Shown here: positions 49,779 to 58,557 of the stretch, one piece after another
Position numbering within the stretch: the first letter of the stretch is position 1
How the letters are laid out: each line of letters starts with the position of its first letter
Source of the DNA: Candidatus Poribacteria bacterium
GTDB lineage: Bacteria > Poribacteria > WGA-4E > WGA-3G
Direction of reading: 5' to 3'
NCBI GenBank assembly: GCA_963665235.2
Contig: CAXXLX010000001.1
Span: 1,600,001-1,664,000, forward strand
DNA: 64,000 nucleotides
Notes under the pieces: generated by a model
Told to the model about the DNA's origin: nothing
Database searches by the model: none
Seen by the model: only the letters and a program-made list of their open reading frames with translations
Program-made: the position numbers and the translations under genes

Positions 49779-51041
49779 TCAAATCCCCAACCCGTCGTCA
49801 ATTTCGCGCTGGTAGGTATTAATAGACTCATCTATCATCTTGTCCATGTGGACGATTTGGCCGGTCGCACCCGATTCAAGGATGGCGTAAGAGATAGCGA
49901 CAGAGCGAGTGCCCTGATATGCATCCACTTCAATAGGGTGGTTTCCTGCAATGGCTTCCGCGAAATCGCCGTACTCAATTGCGATAATCTTCGCATCGGT
50001 TTCAGGAAAAGGGAATTTGTATTGCCACAGCCGGTCCCCCCCGAAGAGGTCAGTGGTAACAGCGTCGAGATGAAAATCTGGGACGAGTGCTAGAAGGCTC
50101 TCATCGTTAATAGTTCCCTGGCCCTCGATATTTAGGGAGATAACCCCGCCACTCCGGTCACCTGGCAGCGTCATTGAGCCTTGTGAGCCGTGAATTTGTC
50201 GGAGCCAGCTGCCTTGTCCCCAGGCACCGTGGTCTTCAATGTACTGCCCGACGGCACCATTTTTGAATGTTAACGTTGCGTAGGCGGCGTCTTCGGCGGT
50301 AGCTTCAAATTCGGCGGGCATTTCTCGTTGCCATTTTGTATAGACACCGGCAGGATTGGAGCCGGACTCCCCAGTCACCGCAGCCGGGTTGTGCCGAATC
50401 GGTTCGTGAAGGCGGGTTTGTGCATAGACAGTCTCAACCTCCCCAAGCAGATACTCAATCATATCCGCGTAGTGAACCCCGACATCAAGCAGTACACCGC
50501 TCTGGTTTTTCTGATGTCGCCAGACAGAGATAAGCATTCGGTTTCCCCCGCCGATAGCATGGTGCATGAGAAAACGGGGGTGTCCTATGACTTCCGCGTC
50601 AAGCAGTGCTTTGGCGAGGCGATTGATTGGGTCGCGTCGATAGTTCTCAGCGACGCTTAAGATTGCATCGGAGGCATCAGCAGCGTGGCGGATGAGGTTA
50701 CATGCGCGAACGGTCAATCCCATCGGTTTTTCGACCATTGTGTGCCATCCGCGTTCAAGCGTCTCAACCGCAACGGTATGATGATAGGGGGGTGTAGTTG
50801 TTACATCTACAGCGTCGACCCCGACCGTTGCGAGTTCTTCTAGGCTTTCAACGACGGCAGGTTTTTGACCGAAACGTTCCTCGGCTTGTTCAGCGAGCGA
50901 TTCAGCGTTCGCTCGGACCGGGTCACATGCCCCGACGAGGGTAAACCGTTTCCACCCGGCTCGCTGGAGTTCAGCTAGCCCGTACATGTGCCGATGTCCC
51001 ATCCCGCCGCAGCCAACGATTGCTAATCGAATTGTATCCAT
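49779..51041 (-). CDS. Gfo/Idh/MocA family oxidoreductase
   Basis: AIVGCGGMG, VEKPM, VAENYRR, DVGVHYAD. Confidence 0.92.
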   Translation of the reverse strand: MDTIRLAIVGCGGMGHRHMYGLAELQRAGWKRFTLVGACDPVRANAESLAEQAEERFGQKPAVVESLEELATVGVDAVDVTTTPPYHHTVAVETLERGWHTMVEKPMGLTVRACNLIRHAADASDAILSVAENYRRDPINRLAKALLDAEVIGHPRFLMHHAIGGGNRMLISVWRHQKNQSGVLLDVGVHYADMIEYLLGEVETVYAQTRLHEPIRHNPAAVTGESGSNPAGVYTKWQREMPAEFEATAEDAAYATLTFKNGAVGQYIEDHGAWGQGSWLRQIHGSQGSMTLPGDRSGGVISLNIEGQGTINDESLLALVPDFHLDAVTTDLFGGDRLWQYKFPFPETDAKIIAIEYGDFAEAIAGNHPIEVDAYQGTRSVAISYAILESGATGQIVHMDKMIDESINTYQREIDDGLGI

Positions 51042-51050
51042 CTGCTGCTC

Positions 51051-52502
51051 CTAATTGTTAAGTATAATTTCTAACCGCTTCATATCAGCTTCCATTCGTG
51101 CTCTATCGTTGCTGTAAAGTCGGTAACGGGTTAGCACTTTCTTCACGTATTTTCTACCGGCACTCGTAAGGGAGCCCCCTACCCTGACCTTACCGGGCCC
51201 TATATTATAGGCACCTAATGCCAAAGTCCTATCTTTGTATTTTGCCAAAAGTTTGTTGAAGTAGGTCAATCCAGCGTTCAGATTTTTGTAAGGAGCAAAT
51301 CGTTCATCTACATCAGGATTTCGGTTTGGTTTGAGTTTATTCGTGTATCGTGGCACTTTAAGTCCGAGTTCCCTTGCAGTTCCGGGTATCATTTGCATTA
51401 AGCCCCCTGCTCCAGTCTTTGACACTGCAACCGGGTTAAAATTAGATTCAACGTAAATGATAGCTAACATGAGCTTTACATCGATGTTGTGCTGTTTAGC
51501 GATTTCGGTGCAGGTATATTTCGGCGTTTCAGGGTTTTGTTCCTTTTTCGGTGCCGGTTGATGCGGCTGTGAGATTCCAAAGAACAGCCGCTGTAAATCA
51601 AAGTGCATGCCGATTGCAAGTAGATGTTTATATTCACAATCTGCCCGATTGAGATAGGTGTAATATGCCTGTTTTCCCCACTGATTGAGGGAGAGCCCAA
51701 GGCTCCACGATTGGTAAAGGGTTTCGGTATCCAGCGAGAAATTTGACCCGATGCTTGCGGAAAGCGGACTGGCGACGATTTCTAGGCTTGTACCGAAGCT
51801 GGACGCAGTAAAATTAAAACAGGTATGACCTCGAACAGCGGGGTGGGGTATAACGGTGGCACCGAAGGCAAATTGGGGGGCAAAATTTTTCAAAACTTGC
51901 CCATTTTCATCACGAATGGTTACGCCAGTAATATCACGGTATTGCATACCAATAAGAATGTGAGGGGTGAGCTTTGAGAGTATACCTACGTCATAATTTG
52001 GGGCCCAGCGGCTGCCCGAGTAAGGGGCGCGGCTATATCCTGTGTTTACACCGAGTTGCACCGGTCCGAACTTTTTCGCATAGGAGAAAAGGGCTTGATT
52101 GTTGCCAAGTTCAAATGTGCCAATTGGATTGGCAGCATGATTTATGAGAAAACGGTCAAGTCGATTAAAATCAACGAAATTCACACCGAATGTACCAATC
52201 GGTTTGATAGGATAAGCAAAGGACAGCGCGCCTTGCGAAAAGTCATAAATTAGGTTTCCGTGCTTAAGTGCCGCGAGCCCAGCTGGATTCCAAAGCGGAC
52301 TTGTCGCATCATCTGTACTACTGATAAAGGCACCGCTCAACCCAAGTCCCCGTGTACCAATTTCGGGTCTCAGCTCACGTGCACCAACGTCATCCTGTTG
52401 ATTGCGTGAAATTGAGAAGGCGTTCTTCCCAGAAGGAAAATATGACAGAAGTAAGAGGCAGAGAATGACTATGTGAAGCCACTCTCGTTTATCGAATATC
52501 AA
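51051..52502 (-). CDS. PorV/PorQ(FadL)-like outer-membrane barrel fused to an SLT lytic transglycosylase
   Basis: N-terminal GTRGLGLSGAFISSTDDATSPLWNPAGLA followed by amphipathic beta strands; C-terminal VESNFNP, GAGGLMQMIP, GAYNIG. Confidence 0.8.
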   Translation of the reverse strand: MIFDKREWLHIVILCLLLLSYFPSGKNAFSISRNQQDDVGARELRPEIGTRGLGLSGAFISSTDDATSPLWNPAGLAALKHGNLIYDFSQGALSFAYPIKPIGTFGVNFVDFNRLDRFLINHAANPIGTFELGNNQALFSYAKKFGPVQLGVNTGYSRAPYSGSRWAPNYDVGILSKLTPHILIGMQYRDITGVTIRDENGQVLKNFAPQFAFGATVIPHPAVRGHTCFNFTASSFGTSLEIVASPLSASIGSNFSLDTETLYQSWSLGLSLNQWGKQAYYTYLNRADCEYKHLLAIGMHFDLQRLFFGISQPHQPAPKKEQNPETPKYTCTEIAKQHNIDVKLMLAIIYVESNFNPVAVSKTGAGGLMQMIPGTARELGLKVPRYTNKLKPNRNPDVDERFAPYKNLNAGLTYFNKLLAKYKDRTLALGAYNIGPGKVRVGGSLTSAGRKYVKKVLTRYRLYSNDRARMEADMKRLEIILNN

Positions 52503-53298
52503 GGTGACGCTCGGGGTTTTCGCTTTTGCCGTTGTTTCTAATTTCGAAATGGAGATGGGGCCCTGTGGAGATACCGGTATCGCCGGACAACCCGATAACC
52601 TGACCCTGTTCTACGATGCTGCCGGTGGATACTCGGATTCTTGACAAGTGCCCATACCATGTGGTGAAATTGTCAGCGTGTTGTATGACAACAGTTTTCC
52701 CATAACCGCTTTTTCTGCCAGCATAGAGAATACGTCCTGTTTTGGCGGCATAAACTCGGGTGCCAGTTGCTGCTCGGAAGTCTATACCTTCGTGCATAAG
52801 ACGGCGGCGTTTCACGGGATGAAGGCGCATGCCGTACCGTGAGGTTACCACTAACGGAATTCGTAAGGGATTTCCAAAACCTTCGCGGTTATCACTCTGA
52901 ATAAAAATGCGTTTGCCTGCCCGGAGCCGCTTAGGATTCGAGATACCGTTAATCTGCTGAAGCTCCTCCCATTCTACATTATACCTTCTTGCAATACCGT
53001 ACAGTGTATCCCCCGGTTTAACGTCATACCAAATTACCGCTGAATTCTCTTCAAGGGGTACCGATTTAGCATCAACCGGAATTAACAATCTTTCGCCAAC
53101 CCGTAGACGGTCAATAGACTCAATGCTGTTGGTTTGGACAATAGATTTCATAGGTACTTCGTATTTCTCGGCAATCTCCGACAATGTCTCTCCCTTCTGA
53201 ACCTGATGTTGGATGCCGATACAGGAGGCAATCCACGGGTTCGAAGTAACAAACATGAAAACAATGGTTATAACGATTATAATTTGATTTTTCTGCAT
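52489..53298 (-). CDS. LysM x2 + M23 peptidoglycan endopeptidase
   Basis: VQKGETLSEIA, VKPGDTLYGIA, HEGID, YGHL, STGPHLHFEIR. Confidence 0.93.
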   Translation of the reverse strand: MQKNQIIIVITIVFMFVTSNPWIASCIGIQHQVQKGETLSEIAEKYEVPMKSIVQTNSIESIDRLRVGERLLIPVDAKSVPLEENSAVIWYDVKPGDTLYGIARRYNVEWEELQQINGISNPKRLRAGKRIFIQSDNREGFGNPLRIPLVVTSRYGMRLHPVKRRRLMHEGIDFRAATGTRVYAAKTGRILYAGRKSGYGKTVVIQHADNFTTWYGHLSRIRVSTGSIVEQGQVIGLSGDTGISTGPHLHFEIRNNGKSENPERHLDIR

Positions 53299-53627
53299 TT
53301 GATACCTAACTTTGGTTGCATTAGTTACCTATGTTTTGTCCAACAAAACACTTATGTTATCGTGTTGCAAACGCCACTAATGAGGGGTGTTTCGAGTAGA
53401 TTTTCACCGCACGTTTTGAAACTGCTTGGACGTGCAACACTTCATCACGCAAAGTCACCTTGAAGGTAGACTGCCTTTTTTTCTGTTTACCCGTAAAAGA
53501 TTTATGTTTATGTCTGGAAAGTGCTTCTATTAACCTCTTTACGGGTATTCGGGCGTAAGGTTTCCCAACTATTTTAGCTGTTTGGGATATAAGCCCGCTA
53601 AGGACGTAATCCCTGACAAGTATCAAG

Positions 53628-53656
53628 TTGACTTCCACTAAAAACTGTGGTATAAT
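53628..53656 (+). promoter_or_regulatory. Strong sigma70 promoter with no downstream protein gene
   Basis: TTGACT-17 nt-TATAAT with a TG extension. Confidence 0.7.
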
Positions 53657-53660
53657 TATA

Positions 53661-53849
53661 CTAGCACTTTTGGATAGCATTTCCACCCTGCACGAACTCA
53701 GTGCAGGTGCTATCCCTCACCAGTGGAAAGGTATGTAGTGTTAGTGCGAAACCACTTAAAAAGTATACTTAAATATCGTGCTACTTTTTCGCACGAGGCA
53801 CGTGGGGATAGACAGGAACCTTCTAACCTGATATGCCCGTAGGATTTTC
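53661..53849 (+). ncRNA. Candidate structured non-coding RNA, unknown class
   Basis: Pairings CTAGCAC/GTGTTAG, GGATAGCA/TGCTATCC, CCTGCAC/GTGCAGG, a crossing TTTCCAC/GTGGAAA, and GTGCGAAA/TTTCGCAC. Confidence 0.5.
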
Positions 53850-53985
53850 ACCTGCCGGGAATCGCGTGCGGGTGGAGACGACATAAAAGGATGTCCTCGG
53901 TGGGACCTCGGACGTTCAACCTTCGGGAAGAACGCAAACGTCTATGAAGCCGAAACCCACGCCTTTAGGCGTTGGGTGCTATCAC
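53850..53985 (+). ncRNA. Orphan TnpB-type omegaRNA scaffold / IS200/IS605 right end (copy 2)
   Basis: Same 5' and 3' blocks as 34639-34750, ending CCCACGCCTTTAGGCGTTGGGTGCTATCAC. Confidence 0.7.
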
Positions 53986-54004
53986 GGTATCAATATCACG
54001 CTGT

Positions 54005-54028
54005 TTTTAGGGGCAACTTGCCCCTAAA
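54005..54028. terminator. Hairpin between convergent units
   Basis: TTTAGGGGCAA-C-TTGCCCCTAAA. Confidence 0.5.
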
Positions 54029-54069
54029 CGCCAATAAATCCCGGACTTCATCGGAGAAAAACGTGCTAA

Positions 54070-54588
54070 CTACTCGTCTTTAACGGTGAGCAGTACAGTT
54101 TTCGTCTCTGAAAAAATTTGGGTGTCCGTTTCGATTCCCGAGCTACCGACTGAAACTACCTCACTAATCACAGTTACAACGAGTTGGATAACTTCAACCT
54201 GTACGTTAGCTTCGTTCAACGTACTCGGGGCATTCCAGGTAACCGAATTTTCATCGGTGGCAGACAGCGCGCCATGCCCGGTAATGTTTAGCCAATTTAA
54301 CATAACACTGCTACCTCGAACCCCTTTAAAGGAAGCCGTTAATTCGACTTCTCCGCCGGGGCGCACTATTTTATCGGTAACAGTAATCGTCACGTCAAGG
54401 TTGGCTGTCTGCTCTGGATTTTCTGCCTCTTCGCCGGTTTTCACAATTATATCATCCCCGTCTGTTCCAATGGTATCGGTGTCAGATACGGGGTTGTTGA
54501 TATTGCTACCGCCGCATCCTGCGACGTTCAAAACAAGACCAACAAGAAAAATGCTAAAAAACAGTACTAGCAATTGAGATGCTCTCAT
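54070..54588 (-). CDS. Hypothetical lipoprotein (Ig/PKD-like)
   Basis: Lipobox VAGC; beta-rich; RBS GAGG. Confidence 0.78.
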   Translation of the reverse strand: MRASQLLVLFFSIFLVGLVLNVAGCGGSNINNPVSDTDTIGTDGDDIIVKTGEEAENPEQTANLDVTITVTDKIVRPGGEVELTASFKGVRGSSVMLNWLNITGHGALSATDENSVTWNAPSTLNEANVQVEVIQLVVTVISEVVSVGSSGIETDTQIFSETKTVLLTVKDE

Positions 54589-54771
54589 GACTCAATCCTC
54601 TTTTCACGTTTGAATCAGACAAGATGAGAAAACGTCTTGCCTATAGTAACAAACAGAATTCTATACTAACGAAAGTCCGTTAATAAAACGGATGGACAGT
54701 CATGAAGGTTACAAAAATGGCGTGAAACGGATGATTCGGCTGGAGCATCTTATTGCAGCCGAATCGCTTGT

Positions 54772-55545
54772 TTATCTCCTTGTGCTTTCCAATTGTTCGC
54801 GTAGAAAAGTGAGAATATCCGCGACATCTTGGTCGCTGAGGATATCGGAGGCATAGAACGGCATAAGTGAACCGCCGCCGCGTATCTTCGTACCCCATCT
54901 AACGATTACTTTATCAATATTGCTGGGGGCCCGTGAACGCACAAGCTGACTCCCTATACCGGCTTTGCGAACCGTTGGGTGACAGACGATACAAGCCTGC
55001 CCGAAGAGTTGCCACCCCTTTTTCGCATCACCCGCCATTGCAGCCAGTTTTTCACCTGCTGCATCTGCCGCTTCCTTATCTAGCATCTCAAATTCGAATT
55101 GGGGACCTTTATTATCCCCAGAAACATCTTCAAAATAAGCCATGAGGGCTTCCGCATGTTCCGCTGGAATTGCAATAGGATTCACCTTAGCCTGGGGCAC
55201 TCGCTGTAAAAAGTGCTCATAACAGAACCCGCCGCCCCCAGCAGCGCGTGCAAAATTGGCCCCTTTAATCATCCCGCCTTTTGCCTCCCCGCGATGCGGT
55301 ACACCGATGATGCTATGCCCAGAACGAATTAAACCGTCCGATTCAGTAGCTTCATCAAAATCTGCATGGCAGTCCGCACAGGAAAGTCCAGTTGCCTTGT
55401 CCGGGGCAATTGTTCCTTTAAAGGTCGGGTCGTGAAAAAGTTCGCGTCCAAGTTGCGCCTTATCTGACATCTGTTGTGCTTGCGTTAAAAATACCAACGC
55501 TGCTATCAGGAGCACGCCAAGTGAACATGAAACAAATTTACGCAT
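54772..55545 (-). CDS. Exported di-heme c-type cytochrome
   Basis: Signal peptide; LGRELFHDP...SCADCH and CIVCH with a distal MP; RBS AAGGAG. Confidence 0.85.
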   Translation of the reverse strand: MRKFVSCSLGVLLIAALVFLTQAQQMSDKAQLGRELFHDPTFKGTIAPDKATGLSCADCHADFDEATESDGLIRSGHSIIGVPHRGEAKGGMIKGANFARAAGGGGFCYEHFLQRVPQAKVNPIAIPAEHAEALMAYFEDVSGDNKGPQFEFEMLDKEAADAAGEKLAAMAGDAKKGWQLFGQACIVCHPTVRKAGIGSQLVRSRAPSNIDKVIVRWGTKIRGGGSLMPFYASDILSDQDVADILTFLREQLESTRR

Positions 55546-55620
55546 CAAAATCTCCTTATATTCACAATAAATTTTTAAGCATTGTACCAAATATACAATA
55601 AATTGTCAAGAAAAAAATAT

Positions 55621-56181
55621 TCAGACATCCCCGGGCTCATGAACAACACTAGGGGGCTCCAAAACGGCAATGTATGGCAGGTTTCGATACAATTGCTTGT
55701 AATCCAAGCCGTATCCGAAAACGAAGACGTTCGGAATCTCAAAACCCGCATAATCCACAGTGACAGGAACCTCACGTTGAGAAGTTTTATCGAGAAGCGT
55801 GCAAGATTTAATCGTTGTAGGCCCTAGGGTCTGAAGGTGTTCAATCAGAAACTGCAAGGTGTGTCCCGTATCAACAATATCCTCTACAATCAGGATATGC
55901 TTGTCTTGTAGGTAATCGTCACCGCCCCGAATGAACTGAACTTGTGAGGGCTGCATATTATCGTGGTAGCTCATGAGCTGCACAAACTCAAATCGGATGG
56001 GGACAGAGATTGCCCGCGCCAAATCTGCGAAGAACAGAATGCCGCCCCTTAGAACACAAAGCAGAACGAGCTCCTGATTATCGTAATCGCTGGATATCTG
56101 CGCGCCAAGCTCACTAATCCGGTCCTGAATCTGTGCTTCAGAAAGCAGCACGGATTCAAGGGAAGGTTCCATGTTTTGCAT
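55621..56181 (-). CDS. hpt: Hypoxanthine phosphoribosyltransferase
   Basis: CVLRGG, ILIVEDIVDTGHTL, FVFGYGLDY, YRNLP. Confidence 0.96.
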   Translation of the reverse strand: MQNMEPSLESVLLSEAQIQDRISELGAQISSDYDNQELVLLCVLRGGILFFADLARAISVPIRFEFVQLMSYHDNMQPSQVQFIRGGDDYLQDKHILIVEDIVDTGHTLQFLIEHLQTLGPTTIKSCTLLDKTSQREVPVTVDYAGFEIPNVFVFGYGLDYKQLYRNLPYIAVLEPPSVVHEPGDV

Positions 56182-57574
56182 AATCTAAGTAAAGATATCT
56201 CCGCGTTTCAGGTTTAATCTTGAACCGTTCACTTGTAGTATAACCGATAATCCACAAAATTTCATCGCCGCAAACCAGCATCGGAATGCTATCGCGTGCG
56301 GGCCTCGGCACTTTTGCATCTATGAAAAAATCCTTAAGCTTTTTCGTCCCTTCCATGCCGTGTGGTTGCACTCGGTCCCCTTGTCGTCGATTGCGAATTG
56401 TCAGGGGGTATTGAACTGCATTCCAATCAAACATCGCCTGATATCTACCGTCAGGTAACGGAATACCGTTACCTGGTGGCATATTGCCTATATCTACCGT
56501 GACCTCCGCGTTTAAAATCGGGATAAACGTCTTGCTTGGCACAACAAGCGAATAAGCAAAATCTCCTATTTCGCTCGGGGCTCTCTCAAAAAAGAGGTGC
56601 TGATAAGCACGGCGGAATTGCAAACCGTTCGGGAGTGATAGCGCAACGTTGGGTTTATCGGTTTTGATGAGGTTGAGAACTGCTTGGCAGTGGTCAAAAT
56701 AGAAATCGGTCCCCTGCCCTAATATCGTAGCAAAACTGTCCCTCAGCATTCTTCTCTGCAACGCAATATGGTGCTGGAGAAATTTCTCTCTATCTAGCAC
56801 AACACCGGTGGATTGCGTGTCCGTGATTCGACAGGCTTCAAACGCCTCACGTGCTGCTGTCTCTAGATACTCCGATTCAGCAGATAACACCTCAGCAGTT
56901 CGGCTTAATCCTGTTTTAATATTCGGATTATAGTTGCGTTCAAGCAGCGGGATTAACTCGTGGCGGATACGGTTCCGAAGATAACGGTTATCCGTATTCG
57001 TTAAGTCGTGCCGGGGTTTAAGCGACATAGATGTGAGAAATGCTTCGAGCTCTTGGCGTGTGAAACCCATTAGCGGCCGAATGAACTTGCCATCTCTGAC
57101 GGGTGCTATCCCTTTTAATCCCGTAGTTCCGGCTCCCCGGAGCAAGTTCATCAACACTGTTTCGGCTGTATCGTCCTGATGGTGGCCGAGGGCAACTTTG
57201 GTAGCCCCTACCTCCCCACAAACGGTTTCATAAAATTCATAACGTGCCCTGCGACCGGCAGCTTCTACGGAAAGTTTCCACTGCTTTCTTAAACGCTGGA
57301 CATCGACGGTGTGCCCATGAAACGGCAATCCCAAACGCGCCGCATGCTGTTCGACAAACTCAGCATCCGTAACGGCATCGGGTCTAAGTCCGTGATTTAG
57401 GTGCACAACATGGAGTTGGCAATAATTTAATTGGGTGTGTAGGGCATGCAAGCCGTAAAGCAGGGCAAGCGAATCCGCACCACCGGAGACTGCAACAACC
57501 ACCGTTTCCCCAGCTTCAATCATCGTATGCTGCAAAATGAAGCGATGCATCTGTCGCAAAAAACGGTTTTTCAT
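56156..57574 (-). CDS. tilS: tRNA(Ile)-lysidine synthetase
   Basis: VAVSGGADS, HLNHGLR, GHHQDDTAET, IRPL, RNRIRH, KKLKDFFIDAKVP. Start set at 57574, below the tRNA. Confidence 0.95.
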   Translation of the reverse strand: MKNRFLRQMHRFILQHTMIEAGETVVVAVSGGADSLALLYGLHALHTQLNYCQLHVVHLNHGLRPDAVTDAEFVEQHAARLGLPFHGHTVDVQRLRKQWKLSVEAAGRRARYEFYETVCGEVGATKVALGHHQDDTAETVLMNLLRGAGTTGLKGIAPVRDGKFIRPLMGFTRQELEAFLTSMSLKPRHDLTNTDNRYLRNRIRHELIPLLERNYNPNIKTGLSRTAEVLSAESEYLETAAREAFEACRITDTQSTGVVLDREKFLQHHIALQRRMLRDSFATILGQGTDFYFDHCQAVLNLIKTDKPNVALSLPNGLQFRRAYQHLFFERAPSEIGDFAYSLVVPSKTFIPILNAEVTVDIGNMPPGNGIPLPDGRYQAMFDWNAVQYPLTIRNRRQGDRVQPHGMEGTKKLKDFFIDAKVPRPARDSIPMLVCGDEILWIIGYTTSERFKIKPETRRYLYLDYAKHGTFP

Positions 57575-57597
57575 GAGATGGGCCTTAAAAAGGGAAA

Positions 57598-57669
57598 TGC
57601 CGGTGCGGAGAGTCGAACTCCGGACCGCACGATTATGAGTCGTGTGCTCTACCACTGAGCTACACCGGC
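57598..57669 (-). tRNA. tRNA with CAT anticodon (elongator Met, or Ile2)
   Basis: GCCGGTG TA GCTCAGTGGTAGAGC A CACGA CTCATAA TCGTG CGGTC CGGAG TTCGACT CTCCG CACCGGC A; CCA not encoded. Confidence 0.93.
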
Positions 57670-57749
57670 AAATTAAAAGGCTTGAACGAAATACAACACA
57701 CCCATCTGGTGCTACCGCACCAAACGTCGCAAACCGTTGTTAAATACAA

Positions 57750-57823
57750 TTGCAGGGGTGGGATTTGAACCCACGTCCTCCGGGTTATGAGCCCGACGAG
57801 CTACCTGACTGCTCTACCCTGCG
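57750..57823 (-). tRNA. Initiator tRNA-fMet (CAT)
   Basis: C1:A72 mismatch; GGG/CCC pairs in the anticodon stem; loop CTCATAA. Confidence 0.95.
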
Positions 57824-57838
57824 GCAAGATAGCAAATA

Positions 57839-57924
57839 TGGTCGAGGAGGGACTTGAACCCTCACACCTTTTTATGGGCGATGGATTTTAAGTCCATTGT
57901 GTCTACCAATTCCACCACTCGACC
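57839..57924 (-). tRNA. tRNA-Leu (TAA)
   Basis: GGTCGAG...ATGGA CTTAAAA TCCAT, long variable arm, GGTTCAAGTCC, discriminator A. Confidence 0.95.
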
Positions 57925-57939
57925 TAAAGCATTTTATAT

Positions 57940-57969
57940 AGTATATACCATAATATAGGGGTTTGTCAA
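57940..57969 (-). promoter_or_regulatory. Sigma70 promoter of the tRNA-tilS-hpt unit
   Basis: Minus strand TTGACA (57969-57964), 18 nt, TATACT. Confidence 0.55.
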
Positions 57970-58346
57970 CTTTTTTCAACAAATTTTTGAGAATTTCGCA
58001 ATTTTTTTGTCGTTTTTTCCATGAATTGCAACATTTTTCCCGATATTAAGCATTATACAACAAATTTTTGAGAATTTCAAGCGAATGTGAAACGCCATAA
58101 GTCGTTTTGGACTTGGAAATTTCCATTTCTTCAGATTTCTCACGTCATACTTTGGGTGAGCCCCTTCCAATTAGGAGTTGCTTTTTCCAATGAATTCTGA
58201 TACAATACAAGATAAGTGTGAATCTGAAAAAAGCAACTGGCTTTTTAGGTTCAAATGGGGGGTGTCTGCCCCCTATTTACTTTACCTGATATTATATCAA
58301 TCTTGGGCACTAACGACTTATTCCATAGAGTATTTGATTTTTAAGG

Positions 58347-58557
58347 GTCAATAACCCCCAGCTAAAGCATGGGGGCTTGTCTTTGATGCCCGCCAAGGCT
58401 ATCACAGAGACGAGGGTAACTTGTTGACTACAGTAATATATCGGGGGTTCTGGGTGTGGCAGCCTAAAGTATGTTTCGGATGCTCCCCAAGTCCGATTCC
58501 ACTACGAACCTCTGATCTGGATGGGGCAATATATACCCGAAAGGAGAAAACAAACTT
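58347..58557 (+). ncRNA. omegaRNA (HEARO-like) scaffold of IsrB
   Basis: GTCAA...TTGAC pairing, CCCCCA/TGGGGG hairpin, CGGATGCTCCCCAAGTCCG block; directly upstream of the PLMP-domain ORF. Confidence 0.8.

Noticed and set aside
53357-53686. 109-aa ORF
   Set aside because: No RBS or motif; it overlaps the opposite-strand promoter and structured RNA.
57575-57655. N-terminal extension of TilS in the ORF track
   Set aside because: It overlaps a tRNA gene; the start is better placed at 57574.
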